NCBI RefSeq assembly: GCF_001194135.2
Contig: NC_068987.1
Location: forward strand, 7,103,983-7,167,982
DNA from: Octopus bimaculoides
Taxonomy: Eukaryota
Length of the DNA stretch: 64,000 nt
Direction: 5' to 3'
Shown here: positions 12,662 to 25,623 of the stretch, piece by piece
How positions within the stretch are numbered: the first letter of the stretch is position 1
Layout: the number at the start of each line of letters is the position of its first letter
Position numbers and translations under genes: made by a program
The notes under the pieces: generated by a model
What the model saw: the letters and a program-made list of their open reading frames with translations, nothing else
What the model was told of the DNA's origin: nothing
Databases searched by the model: none

Positions 12662-12872
12662 ACTATAGGTGCAAGGGCAGAAAATTTGTGGTTGGGAAGG
12701 AGCAGATCGATTAGAACAGCTCCAATGTTCAACAGGTACTTATTTTATTGGCCCCGAAAGGATGAAAGACAAAATAGACCTTCAGCGGCATTTCAAATCA
12801 GAACGTAAAAACGGACGAAATGTTGCGAAATATTTCGTCAGACATCATAACGTTTCTGCCTGCCCACCGCTT
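12662..12872 (-). mobile_element. SINE family A, diverged full-length copy
   Basis: tacttattttattggccccgaaaggatgaaag...cagaacgtaaaaacggacgaaat...aacgtttctgcctgcccaccgc is the reverse complement of family A. Confidence 0.8.
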
Positions 12873-12900
12873 AATGACAGTAATACTATATTCTCTATGC

Positions 12901-13100
12901 ATAAGGTCTGAAATTTAGAATGGGGAGGGGTCTAGTCGATTACACCAATTTCAGTGCTCAATAGGCACTTATTTCATCGACCTCGAAAGGATGGAAAGCA
13001 AAGTAGACCTGGGCGGAATTTGAACTCAGAACGAAAAGACGGACGAAACGCCGGTAAGCATTTCGTTTGTGGGATAATGATTTTGCTAGCACACCGACTT
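12901..13100 (-). mobile_element. SINE family A, second tandem copy
   Basis: atcgacctcgaaaggatggaaagcaaagtagacct.ggcggaatttgaactcagaacg...taagcatttcg is the reverse complement of family A. Confidence 0.85.
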
Positions 13101-13104
13101 ATGA

Positions 13105-13108
13105 TAAC

Positions 13109-13170
<62 letters not shown>

Positions 13171-13300
13171 TCTTGCTTGAATATTACTACACAACACTCC
13201 TCAACCGTTTTTGTTAACCTTCAATATATTTGTTCACCTTGAACACTTTTATCCATGTTTAAAAAATATGCGATTATATATTTCTGAAACCATGAATATC

Positions 13301-13378
<78 letters not shown>
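13105..13378 (+). repeat. Two (AAT)n microsatellites (about 13105-13165 and 13300-13378)
   Basis: Seen directly. Confidence 0.95.
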
Positions 13379-13899
13379 TTCAATTTCATTAATAGACTCA
13401 ACACTCAAAAATTCATACAGTAGTAGAAGTGATTTGTGACGTGTCTTTTCCATATGTGAAATGAAATAGAGACTGAAAATATTGATTTCTTTTGAAACTA
13501 CTTATAATATCTATGAACGGTAGAAGAAGCAAGAGAAAGAGAAATGGAAGGAATGCAGGAAGAATGAGAGGTGGAAAGCATTGGCCAAGTAAACATGCCT
13601 TTTATGTTGTTTTCCGCCACTATCATTTTATATATACGTACAACCAGTATGTATGCGGTTGCTTCTGTCTTGTGTGGAAATTTTAGTCGATCGAAATTTA
13701 ATCAATTATTTGTAGGAATGACAGAATTGGTAGAGCTTTGGAAAACATACCTCGAGGTATTTAGGTACAGTAATTTACCTAGTTGGTTCAAATCTCACCG
13801 TATTTAAAATTGTCTTTCCTCCCTCCAGAGTTGATTAGATATATTATTAGCCAAGTAATGGGGATCCTCTTAACTTGATTGTTCCCTTCAATGTAATCT

Positions 13900-14054
13900 C
13901 TGACCTTCTACCTATGTTAGAAGGAGATATTGAAAGGATGAAGTTGCTATCACGAGACTTTCTCGGATGGCGAGATGGTGTGAGAGCGGTTGCTATGGCA
14001 TTGAGGTAGATCCGGCCATCCCCGTTAACGGGGACAAAACCCGAATTTAAAACA

Positions 14055-14090
<36 letters not shown>
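13900..14090 (+). mobile_element. Probable RTE LINE extreme 3' end with (GAT)n tail
   Basis: Translates ..DIERMKLLSRDFLGWRDGVRAVAMALR*, resembling the RTE terminal motif A.DR..WR..V, followed by a short 3' UTR and about 11 GAT units. RTE elements typically end in short tandem repeats. Confidence 0.5.
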
Positions 14091-14091
<1 letters not shown>

Positions 14092-14093
<2 letters not shown>

Positions 14094-14527
14094 GCTGACG
14101 AGCTAACTGAATCGTTAACGTTCGACAAAATTCTTAGCATTTTTTTTTTTTTTGCTGGCTCTTTACGTACTTAGTTCGAATCCTGCGAAGGTCACCTTAG
14201 CTTCTCATCTTTCGGGTCGAGAAAATAAAGTTCCAGTCGATATAATCGTCAATGACTACCCCCAAAATGTCAGACTTCTACCCACAGTCGAAACAACTAT
14301 TAAAGGGACAGGGGTCGAGGCTGGATTGGGGATTGGCAGAATAGTTAGAGCATCTGTCAAAGTACATTGAGGTACTGCTTCCATGTCTTATTTTCAGAAT
14401 TCAAATCCTTCTTGAGGTTTGTTTTTGCGTCCATCCATTAAAAATAAAAGAACCAGTTATGTACTGGATTTGACGTAATCTGTTAACCTTTCCCCCTCCA
14501 AATATCTGACCTTGTACCTCAATTAGA
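14092..14527 (+). mobile_element. Two decayed SINE family A copies (about 14092-14295 and 14332-14527)
   Basis: Head remnants plus gttcgaatcc/ttcaaatcc B-box-like motifs, tcatctttcgggtcga and aaccagtt.tgtactgg. Confidence 0.55.
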
Positions 14528-15197
14528 TGTTAACGACTGTGGATTATCAGAATAATGAAAGCGTCGGAGAAATGCATTGTGGGATTTGTTCCAGCTCACA
14601 ACAGTCCAAGATTAAACCTTGAAATGTTACCAGACCTTTTTTTATGTTGTTTTTGTTTGATTTTCTGCACAATTATTTTAATTCCCAAACGGATGTTATT
14701 TCTAACTTCGCTTTTCATATTCTGCACATTATGAAAAGCTCTCTTCTGTCCTATCAGGATAATTCCTCCATTTCATAGAGATATATCTTACGTTTGTACT
14801 GGTATTACAGTATTAGACGAAACGTTTCCAGTCGTCCTAGACAGCAATATTCACGACTACGTAGATGGATATGCCTCAGAATGACCGCGAAACGGTTAAT
14901 GAGTGAAGGGGAGATAAGGGTGTTGAGAAGGTGAAGTGGGAGACAAAGGCGAAGATGGACGAGAAAAAGAGAAATAGGAAACTGTGTGCACAAAATCAAT
15001 ACAAGACATAAGAAGAACAAGATTACACTGTAAAATGTATTTAATCCGATTACAAATCCCGATAAAATTACTTGACAGTTGAAGTCTTCAAAAACTTGTG
15101 GTTCCCACATAAATATACTTAGGAAAATGCATATAACTACATAGATACATATAAAGTGAAACCAAGTACTTTCAGAATATTACATTTAATAATGATT

Positions 15198-15406
15198 TCT
15201 GGTTTAGGCACAAGGCCATCAGATTTGAGGGGAGGGGACTAGTCGATACCATAGGGGGCGATAGTATCGAGGAAAGACCTCCCCTCAAACTTTATTCGTT
15301 GATCTCGGAAGGATGAAAGGCAATGTTGAATTTGGAGGGGTTTGTTTTCAGAATGTAAAAGAGCCGGAAGAAATACTGCGACACTCTATTCTGCCCACCC
15401 ACTGCC
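15198..15406 (-). mobile_element. SINE family A, decayed
   Basis: aggcacaaggcc...ggggactagtcgat...gaaggatgaaaggcaa...ttcagaatgtaaa...ttctgcccacccactgcc. Confidence 0.65.
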
Positions 15407-15876
15407 AGAATAATATCAACAGCAACAACAGTAGCAACAACAACAAAAACAACAGCGAAAACATCAACAACAACAATGGGGGAAAACACGCTCAGGAGCA
15501 ACTAAAGGACCATACAGATCCCGAATCATCCTAGGCTCCAGGAATTCTAGGACAAGTGATTTTGTCTCTATCCTCCGTAGTTTTCAGTAGACAGGCACGT
15601 AGGTGGTCCATTTACTCGAGACTTATTAACCACTTGATTGTTTCAAATAAACATACTGAAGTGTTCAGCTCCCGACGAGTAGCTCGCTGTGAGAACCCAT
15701 CCCTGAATAATTATAACATCAGAGGATCTACTAGCCAGGAAGCATGTGTAGACTGGACTCTATCTGCTCCATCCCCTCAATCTCTCAATTTTGATGCATA
15801 TATGTCTATATACACACATATATACATACATACATATATATATATATACATACATATGTGTGTATATATACATATA

Positions 15877-15929
<53 letters not shown>

Positions 15930-16233
15930 NNNNNNNNNNNNNNNNNNNNNNNNNNNNNNNNNNNNNNNNNNNNNNNNNNNNNNNNNNNNNNNNNNNNNNN
16001 NNNNNNNNNNNNNNNNNNNNNNNNNNNNNNNNNNNNNNNNNNNNNNNNNNNNNNNNNNNNNNNNNNNNNNNNNNNNNNNNNNNNNNNNNNNNNNNNNNNN
16101 NNNNNNNNNNNNNNNNNNNNNNNNNNNNNNNNNNNNNNNNNNNNNNNNNNNNNNNNNNNNNNNNNNNNNNNNNNNNNNNNNNNNNNNNNNNNNNNNNNNN
16201 NNNNNNNNNNNNNNNNNNNNNNNNNNNNNNNNN

Positions 16234-16292
<59 letters not shown>

Positions 16293-16736
16293 AACACATC
16301 AGTGCTCAGTGCATCAAGAATACATTTTGAAAAATTCCCTGAATCTTTTCACCTATAAAACAGATTGGGTTTCATTTGGTTGCATTATAAAGTAAAATTT
16401 ACATATTAATGAAAGGTGAATATTTGACGCTAAAGAAGACATGTTATTAACCGTTCGTCGCTCCTTATCCTTAGATGGCGAATAACCACTCTATGGTTCA
16501 ATGGATTTAGAGATATCATTTGTATTTACAAGAATTCCATTAAACGTTAATGTACAATAACAGCAAAAATCATCTCTCCAGCTTCGCCCTAATTACATGG
16601 CCAGAGACGACGGTAAATTATCTTTGACAGTTATCTACTAAATAAACGACTTCAACACGAATAAGAGATGTGTATGCAGAAGCTGAAGCAAATACGTATT
16701 AACTGAGAGACCGGTTGTCAGTATATCACCACCATA

Positions 16737-17349
16737 AGGCGGTGAAGTGGCGCAATCGTTACCTCGCCGGAAAAATTCGTAACGCTATTTCTTCCAACTT
16801 TACGCTCTGGGTTCGAATACTCTTTTACTCTTTTACTTGTTTCAGTCATTTGACTGCGGCCATGCTGGATCACCGCCTTTAGTCGAGCAAATCGACATCA
16901 GGAATTATTCTTTGTAAGCCTAGTACTTATTCTATCGGTCCCTTTTGCCGAACCGCTACTGTTAAGGGGACGTAAACACACCAGTATCGGTTGTCAAGCG
17001 ATGTTGGGGGGACAAACACAGACACACAAACTCACACATATATATATACATATACATATATACGATGGGCTTCTTTCAGTTTCCGTCTACCAAATCCACT
17101 CACAAGGCTTTGGTCGGCCCGAGGCTATAGTAGAAGACACTTGCCCAAGGTGCCACGCAGTAAGACTGAACCCGGAACCATGTGGTTGGTAAGCAAGCTA
17201 CTTACCACACAGCCACTCCTGCTGGGGTCAACTTTGCCTTTTATAAGTTTGAGTTCGATAAAATAGGTATCACCTGATCAATGGGGTCGATGGCCTTGAC
17301 TTACACGCTCCACCGAAATAGCTGGACTTAGGCCAATATTTGAAACCAA
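16737..17349 (+). mobile_element. SINE family A copy split in two (16737-16820 and 17223-17349) by a family B insertion
   Basis: Head aaggcggtgaagtggcgcaatcgtt...ggttcgaatac, which resumes after the B copy with tggggtcaactttgcc...tcgataaaataggta...ggggtcgat. Confidence 0.7.
16818..17222 (-). mobile_element. SINE family B (tRNA-like head, internal microsatellite), essentially full length
   Basis: The reverse complement begins GCAGGAGTGGCTGTGTGGTAAG (A-box-like), then GGTTCAGTC (B-box-like) and CACCTTGGGCAAGTGTC, and ends in an (AAGAGTA)n-type tail. Collinear with 40226-40648 and 48526-48972. Confidence 0.92.
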
Positions 17350-19824
17350 AATATCACTGCCATCAGCAATGCTTGAACATATTCCATTTTTATGCATGTA
17401 ACTTCATTTATATGTTCTGATTACCGGGTTTATTAATACGTTTTCGAAATTTCGGGTGTGCTTGATATAGTTGGCTGTCTATTCCGCAATTGTTTCTCCA
17501 CGGGATATTACAGTTTCACACAAAAGAAAGTAAAGCTTCCAGATAACTTTGTTATTGTTATTGTTGTTGTTATTTTGCTCTATATGATGCAGATTTACTG
17601 TCAAGAATGACCCAGGTATAGACATTCCATTTTAATATAAAACAATGAGTAAATTAGCCATTGCCTACTTTAGTCAATTGTTCTTTCTTTCAAAGGCGAT
17701 TGGATAAGAATTTAGGGAGATTCTAACCACGATTCTTAGCGCATGTTGTGAGACGTGATCACAGAGCGTCTCTGATGATGCTTATGAAAAGAATTCACGG
17801 TCAACAGTTATCTTACTATTTTATATTTTATTTGTAAGACAAGAATTTGAAAGGTGAATATCGAAATATGAAAGAGATTATGTGAATGCTCTAAAGATTT
17901 TTTTAAAACTAAAATCCAAAAGACAAAACAAAGAACAACTGTAGCATTCTATAAGACCAAACGAACGCCTAATCAACTACTTAAACATTATAGAATCAAT
18001 AATGTAGAGAATAAAGAGAAGGAATCATGTTAATGCGTCAGCAGCAGAAACAACCAAAGAGAATAGTAACAGGATAAATAAAATTCACTCTCCTGAAAAT
18101 GTTCTTCAGCTGCGCAGGGTAAAAAAAAAATTACCAAAGAACTGTCTGCCACGAGGAAAATAAATCACAAAGTGTAAACATAGCTGATGCTATTATAGAA
18201 ACTTTGTCGCAGAAGAAAACTGTATATATGTATTGATACTTAAACCGACTTTATGTAATTAGATATATTCGCAAAGTGTCGAGAAACTTTGAAGGAGATC
18301 AGTGTTTTACTCAAGGACACTGTACACTGTGTTACAAATGACATCTTATTTGACAGATGCAGTAATCTTTTAACCTATCTAAGCTAAAACTAATTATAAT
18401 GTGTTGTAAAGTAGCTCATGAGATAAATATGTGACAGAAAAACACGAGATGTCTGTGGCTACTTAGAAGTCTTAAATTTCATAAAGAAACTTGGAGGCAC
18501 AATGGACGATAATTTACATCGTGTTGCTTAACAATATGGAATCTGCTGTTTCTAAAGCAATTAACTATTTTCTTATAATACTGTAAGAGATGAAATGTCA
18601 TTGAAATCAATCTTGCATGTGCAGATACGGGTGGGTAGTAAGAAGTATGTTTCAGTATCCTTAGGTAAATCCATCGCTTGCTGGTGAAATTTAGTAGATT
18701 TAAACAAACGGAAGTCAGATGGACGATTTCTGCTCTTAACTAGTAGAATTATTCCTAAGCTCGATTTAAATCGTCCACCAGATCTTTAAATCTAACTTGT
18801 TGCAAAGATCGTTATAGTTTCAGTTATAATTCGATACTTTGATACTGCAGCAGGCAGGTTAATTGCAGCTATTCTTGATAATTATATATATATATATAAC
18901 ATAAATTTTCCACTTCGAATTATTGCGTAAAATGGCATCGGAAGCAAAATTGTTACAGGAACAATAACACTGAATTATTAAAGATGTGTTTAAAGAATTT
19001 CTTTGTCCTCTTATTATCTGGATTATAATTTACTTTCCGCCACACCCACATTCCAGTGTGATCCCCGTTCAACAAGGATTTTCTACACTTGAAGAATATA
19101 TACATATACATATATATATAGATATGCAAAGAAGGCGTGGTAGATAAATAAATAGATAGATAGATTATGAACATTAGTATATAAGTATATTAGTCTAATA
19201 CTTTAAACACTATAAAATGAACCTAGGAAGGGTTATAATCTACTAACATAATGTATAATGGTACTATCAAAAACATTTTGTTCAGTTTTTTTCCTTCACT
19301 CTTTTGCTGGCAGGAAACTAACTTTGCCAACGTCGCTTTCCGATTCCAGAAATTTAGACTTCGTTTTCAGATTCTATTTGTGTAGCCGTGTATAAACATG
19401 ATACTTTTTCTTCTTTCCCTGTAAAGCTAATGGTTTGGTAAAAGAATTTGCAATTCAGTTGTTGTTGAAGAGAGATACTTGAAATTCGAAGAGGATACGG
19501 TGCACTTTGCAATATTGACGAAATTAGAAATTAGTCTATATAGAGAACAGAGACAACTTTTTATCGGTTAGTAAATCGTAAAGGGTATTTATCTTAAATC
19601 TGATATCTGAAAGAAAGTATATTACAAAGCAACTATTTGCAGAATAAGTTTGCCAGCAAACAAAATGTCGTTCTGAAATCGTTAAATCGACTTTGACTTT
19701 TATTCATGTAGTTCCATGTCATAAGAACATGTATGTGTTGGAGATAATTTGAATAGAACTTTCTCACTTATACTTTATCTTTATGTATCAAGTAAAAATA
19801 TCTAAAAACAGAAAATTCTAGAAA

Positions 19825-20005
19825 GCAAGGAGTGGCTGTGTGGTAAGTAGCTTGCTTACGAACCACATAGTTCCAGGTTCAGTCCCACTGCGTGGCACCT
19901 TGGGTAAGTGTCTTCTACTATAGCCTCGGGCCGACCAAAGCCTTGTGAGTGGATTTGGTAGACGGAAACTGAAAGAAGCCCGTCGTATATATGTATGTGT
20001 GTGTC
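19825..20005 (+). mobile_element. SINE family B, 5' half
   Basis: Near-identical to the 5' half of the 16818-17222 copy; ends in the internal microsatellite. Confidence 0.9.
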
Positions 20006-20813
20006 AGAATCTTTTCCCATGAGTTTTCTTTTTAAATATAAGCCTAAATAATAAATAAATAATATCGTGACGAATAACATAGGAAAATAATTCTACAGTA
20101 ATTCATGAAGCAATTGTTGAAGGCAAATTCATTTCATGAGGAAGACACAAACATTACAGCTTATTCTATATATTCGAAGTATGTTATTGTTCTATTAATC
20201 ACAATAAACCGGTATGGAGAAAATTAACGACTGGAAGCAGAATTTGAAGTATGTGATGTAATACGATGTTACCGGATAAAACGTTATTTCTAAATATACG
20301 TGAAGTAATAAGAATCGACATTTTTCCAAAAATTAGTTTTCCAGTCTAAGCCCTTTATCTAGAAATAAAGATTGAGTCAAGGAATATCATTTTCGGAGTA
20401 GTTATAGCTATATTTCAATGCAAGTTAAAAATTATTTCTATATTAAATAATGCGTGTGAATAATTTGCACCATCACGCTTAGTACTACACAAATCCTTTT
20501 AAGTTTCGCAAGAGTTTTGCTATGAAATGCAAATTTACTGTTAAAAGTTTTGCCGTTATTAAATTAATGATAGTCATTCGAACTTTGGAATTCTCTCAGC
20601 ATTGTTATTTCATTTTTATACTCAGTTTTCAAGATGGTCAAACTGCAAAATTTAACGTTTTTAAAATTTCGTGTCGTTTCCAAATTTCTGGCAGAGTGAA
20701 TTGTGTTATAGTGCCGTTGTTCTCACAGATGGTGCCCAACTGTGTAATGGACAAAATCAAAAACAAAGAATGTGCATTCCCGACATTAAAAATATAAAAT
20801 GATGACAATTTAC

Positions 20814-21009
20814 CCTGGCTTTGGATAAAAGAAAATATTGGAGGATCAGTTAATTGTGATTTTATTCAACATATTGCCCTCTCATATTGACAGACTTATT
20901 GCAGTGATCCTTAAATTGTTCGAAGCCCTTCAAAAAAATTCGAAGTTCGAGCCTCCAACCAGGTCTTTCGCCATACCCTTAAAGCCAGGAACTCTTCAGC
21001 ACTCCCTCG
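20814..21009 (-). mobile_element. Mariner-derived MITE, one TIR truncated
   Basis: Collinear with 45363-45582. Ends aaagccaggaactcttcagcactccctcg followed by TA. Confidence 0.8.
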
Positions 21010-21054
21010 TATATATGCGTGTGTATGTCTCTGTGTTGATGTCATCGACCAAAC

Positions 21055-21245
21055 AACGCTTCGCAACCGGTTTTGGTTTGTTTACGCTTCCGTAAAATAA
21101 TAGCTGAAGTAAAATAAAGCGATGAATAAGTAACAAACTTAAAAATATGTCCTGGAGTCGATTTGTTCGACTTAACACTTCAAAGCATTGCTCCAGCATG
21201 ACTGCAGTGTGACCGCAGTCCAACCACTTTTTATGACAAAAGATA
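21055..21245 (+). mobile_element. SINE family B, decayed 3' half
   Basis: caaccgg...tgtttacg...gatgaataagta...cctggagtcgatttgttcgact...gctccagcatgactgcagt. Confidence 0.6.
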
Positions 21246-22639
21246 TATGTGCGCGCGTGTGTGCAAAAAAAAAAACTGGTACCTCAAGCATTACAACCGA
21301 CATCACCCGCACTAAATTAATGACCAATTAAAATCTGTCAGAAAATCGATAAGCAATTTTGAAAATATCCACCTGAGAAACTCTTTATGTATTTTATTTT
21401 AATTCGAAATTCTGTCTTACGTTGTTGCAACTGTTGGCATTGTACCAAACTCTTAATTCATCTTAACAGAGAAACAAATGTATGTAAGTTGTTGTCTGAC
21501 ACCGAAAACAACTTTTAGCGTCTTGAATTGCTTCTCATATTAACGAAATATTAATGAAATCACGGAAAGCCTTCTAATTTTGTATAACAGTTTTCTTATC
21601 GGTTCTTTCTTAAAGTTTTTCTCTGTTATAACAAACCACTTACAACTAGATTTCCAATATCCCACAAAATGCATTTCACAGACACAGACACACACAAACA
21701 CAAACACACAAACGCATCAGCAGTCCTGGTGAGGAGATATTCATACGATGTGCTATGAGGATTGCGGTTAGTTTACGGCATCTACTTTCGCTTACCGTTC
21801 TTACGCTCTGAAAAGTAGGCCCGGCTTTATATATGTGGCAGTGACCTAAACTCTTCTTCACTTATGGAAAAAGTGTGGTTTTACTACGTGACCTGGTATT
21901 CTCTGGACTGAATGATGGCTGTACTGAACATCTATGCAGTTTCCTTGAGTAACTGATCAAGCTTCCAGTGATAGTGGGTGTAGGTCATGTCTTGAGGCAA
22001 CGGCATTAATTTTTTGAAAAGGATACTTTTCCAGCAAACATTAGACAAAAGAGCCTTTTGCTCACCTCCCACCTGTGAAGTTTTGGCATGATTGATAAAG
22101 TGTCTTATTGTGACTCATGTGTCTGAACTGTCAACTCAGCAGATTGTACAGGCCAGTTGATGAATTGCAGTTTTATAGCCCCTAATCCTTTTATATATGC
22201 ATGCACTTCTTTTTAGAGGAGAAGTCGATCTTTTGCGCTAGCTTTACTAATCTAGCAGCTTTGAAAATAGCCCAGACCTAATCCGCTTGATCCCACTGTC
22301 CTAACAATTCTCATCCTTCTCATGCGATTATCTGCTATTTTCAGTTGTCTGAGAACTAAATTCTACCGGAGCGGACCTCGATTCCAATTTTTGCTTGCTT
22401 AGGGTTGCTGGAAGTTCTGTTCTGAAATGTATGGCTTCTTTTGTTTATGTCACGATTAATACTTCAGAAAAACCGCGGAAGGAGACCTTTAAAGTTTTAT
22501 TTTAATCTTCCAGAACAATATGGTTATTAGACATTCGGGCGCCGCCTATTTGGCGTCACTGATTCAACGCTGACTTATTTTACTCCAAATGTAATGATGC
22601 CTCTCGTTTTAATTTTCCTTTCATTCTTTCTTTCCCTTT

Positions 22640-22656
22640 CTCTCTCTCTCTCATTA

Positions 22657-22720
<64 letters not shown>
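22640..22720 (+). repeat. (TC)n microsatellite
   Basis: Seen directly. Confidence 0.95.
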
Positions 22721-22721
<1 letters not shown>

Positions 22722-23180
22722 ATCCTCCTTTCTTTTTATTCTCCTCTCTCTCTCTCTTTATCCTACATACTCTCTCTTACATACTCATTATTTGTATGTG
22801 CATATTTCTACGCTCACGTATCTTTTTGTTTCCAGTGACACAAAGTACTGTTGTCAAAGCAGGTTTAATGTCCAGTCAACCGTGCCAATTCACTAGATTC
22901 AAAACAGCGTCGCCCATTCATCTCAGCCGGAAACAATACTGCACGAACTCCTTGGTAACCCAAAGTAACACTTAAAAATAACTGTTTATCTTCTCAAGGA
23001 TTTCCACTACCGAGTTACAATTTGTACAATGTCGACCAAACAATTTTGTCAGTATACTAAGATTAAAAGTATTTCAAAGAATCTCCATGCTGTTATTAAA
23101 TCTTATTGATAAAAGAATTACTGTGGTTCCCAGTTGAATTTTCCAGTGAACTAACCGCTATCTGTCTTTGTCTGTCGGTC

Positions 23181-23225
<45 letters not shown>

Positions 23226-23306
23226 NNNNNNNNNNNNNNNNNNNNNNNNNNNNNNNNNNNNNNNNNNNNNNNNNNNNNNNNNNNNNNNNNNNNNNNNNNN
23301 NNNNNN

Positions 23307-23369
<63 letters not shown>

Positions 23370-24637
23370 AACATACACACACGTGTGTGTGTTGTGTATA
23401 TGTTTGTTTATATAAACACGATTCCGTTCTAAATAACGCCATTCAGAATCAAACGTAAACTTAGAAATGAGATTAAAATGATTGCAAGATAGTAACTAAA
23501 ATTTATAAAAAAACTTCTATACGTATTTATCTCCCTTGTCCAACAATCAGGGTTGGTCATAAAGAAATTGGGACATCATTTCTTATTGTAACTAGATATT
23601 GGTCTTACTTTTTTAAAAGTATTCAACCTATTCTTTTCTCTGAAGTGGAGACAGTAATTTCATCTTCCTCATTCGGTAGTCTTTTGTGTTAAAAATATTT
23701 GCAAAAAATCTTCGAGCGTAAATATATAAATTCAGATGAAGTCAGAAATTGCTTTGTCGTTGATAATCTGGGTTTATGTGTCATCTCAGCAAACTGACAC
23801 TTTGTCATCTTGACTTGTAATTCATGTCAGGATACATATTACTAATATCATCGCTTTGTTGACAGGCGTTTCATTTCTTTCGTTCGCCAGAGTGTATCAG
23901 ATAATGTTTTACATTACGACGTTCCAAAACAGCCAATGTTCTATATTCCTGTCACACAAACACAGGCATGATGTATGGGAGAATATGCACAGATTAATTT
24001 GCTATCCATTTCCACACACATGATCATATCAATCTTCTCTTCGCTTGCATGTATACCTGAGTAAATGAAACAACCTATTCGAATGTGGGGATACATTATA
24101 ATTCAAAAGTGAGCATTAGCGTGCTTTCAGTTGTGTGTGTGCGACGGACACACACACATGACAGTACTTTTGAAAATGAAGTTCGTATTTTGATGTTCAT
24201 TGTCAGGAAAAGATCAATAACCAAAACGGATATCGATCAGCGGCAGCTAGCGTGCTTGTATTTCGACCACTTCTATAAAGTAAGGGACGGAAACGGAATT
24301 AACTGAGAATCTCACTGAAATATTTGTATCATCTCTTTTGTAAATTTCTGTAGCAAGAGGTGGTTTTAAGAATCAAAACAGCTCCTGTTAGATCACCCAC
24401 AGCTACGTAAATCTGAATATCTAACATGGATTTTATACATTGAACTAAATAAATCAGTTTTAGATATTGTTAAACTTACATACACTCGAGTAATCCTAGA
24501 TCAACAACCCAAAGGCACACCAGTTAAACTAATGCTCATAGTTAGACAAACAAATTATTTGAGTTCTCCCCCAAAATTTTTATGCTCTGAAGTGCCAAAC
24601 CTTGTAACATTAGAGTATCATGTGTGCTGTGTGTGAG

Positions 24638-24743
<106 letters not shown>

Positions 24744-25404
24744 AGTGCTTGCGAGTAGGTGTATTCGTGTGCGTGTGTATGTGTGAGTGTTTCTGCAGTA
24801 AAAAATTTACTACAATTTGGCAGATGGTCAGTGTCAAACCTGATAAACATACTCCTCCAATGTCACTCAGAAATCACAAAAATAGTTTGGATAAAACTAG
24901 CATAGCTAATCTTATCTCGTACTATTTCCCACATTTTCCAACTTATCTTCCGTTCATCGCTACACACTTCCTCATAATTAAATAATATGATTAAACTTCC
25001 AAGTTGATTTATTAACACTTAGATATTTTATTCATATTTGTTTTATCGAAAATAGTCAAGATTATTCGAAACAAACTTTGCGCCTTTTCACTCTGATCGC
25101 TAGAATGAGCTTAAAATTTTCAGGTCTCATGCTTTGTAGATATCATTTGAACAAGGTTGAAGACGGCAAATACAAGCAAGACTAGATTATATGTTATGTT
25201 TGGGTACAACAATTAATCTTCGAGGTAAACACAGTTATGGCTCTTAACCAATGATATATTTCAACAGTATAGATTCATGTATTCTAACAGCTCACGGCTT
25301 CTTAAGCTTCACGGGTGATTCAATGGGTGACAATACATATAACGAGTGTGTGTGCTTTTCTGCGTGTGTTTCTGTATCCATGCATGTATATATGTATATG
25401 CATA

Positions 25405-25572
25405 TGCTCGAAATGAGGAGTAGATTGACAACCGGCAACAGATGAAGGGTCGTTTCTCTGTGTTTACTTGTGTTTTCCATTTTTTCTCTCATTGTTCACG
25501 TATTGAACTCATTTGTTTTCGTATTTCATGTTGTTTACTGTTGGTGACGTCCTGTTCCCATATATGCATATA

Positions 25573-25575
<3 letters not shown>
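25405..25575 (+). repeat. Interspersed repeat family E (probable Penelope-like terminal region), diverged copy
   Basis: Shares tcgaaa.g.ggagtagat...caac.gatgaaggg...gtcctgt.cccatatatgcat with 28774-28975, 33775-33968 and 59488-59715. Confidence 0.6.

Positions 25576-25623
<48 letters not shown>

Noticed and set aside
23550-23720. Possible Tc1/mariner terminal fragment (cagggttggtcataaag...)
   Set aside because: TIR-like by appearance only; no partner TIR or clear transposase motif.
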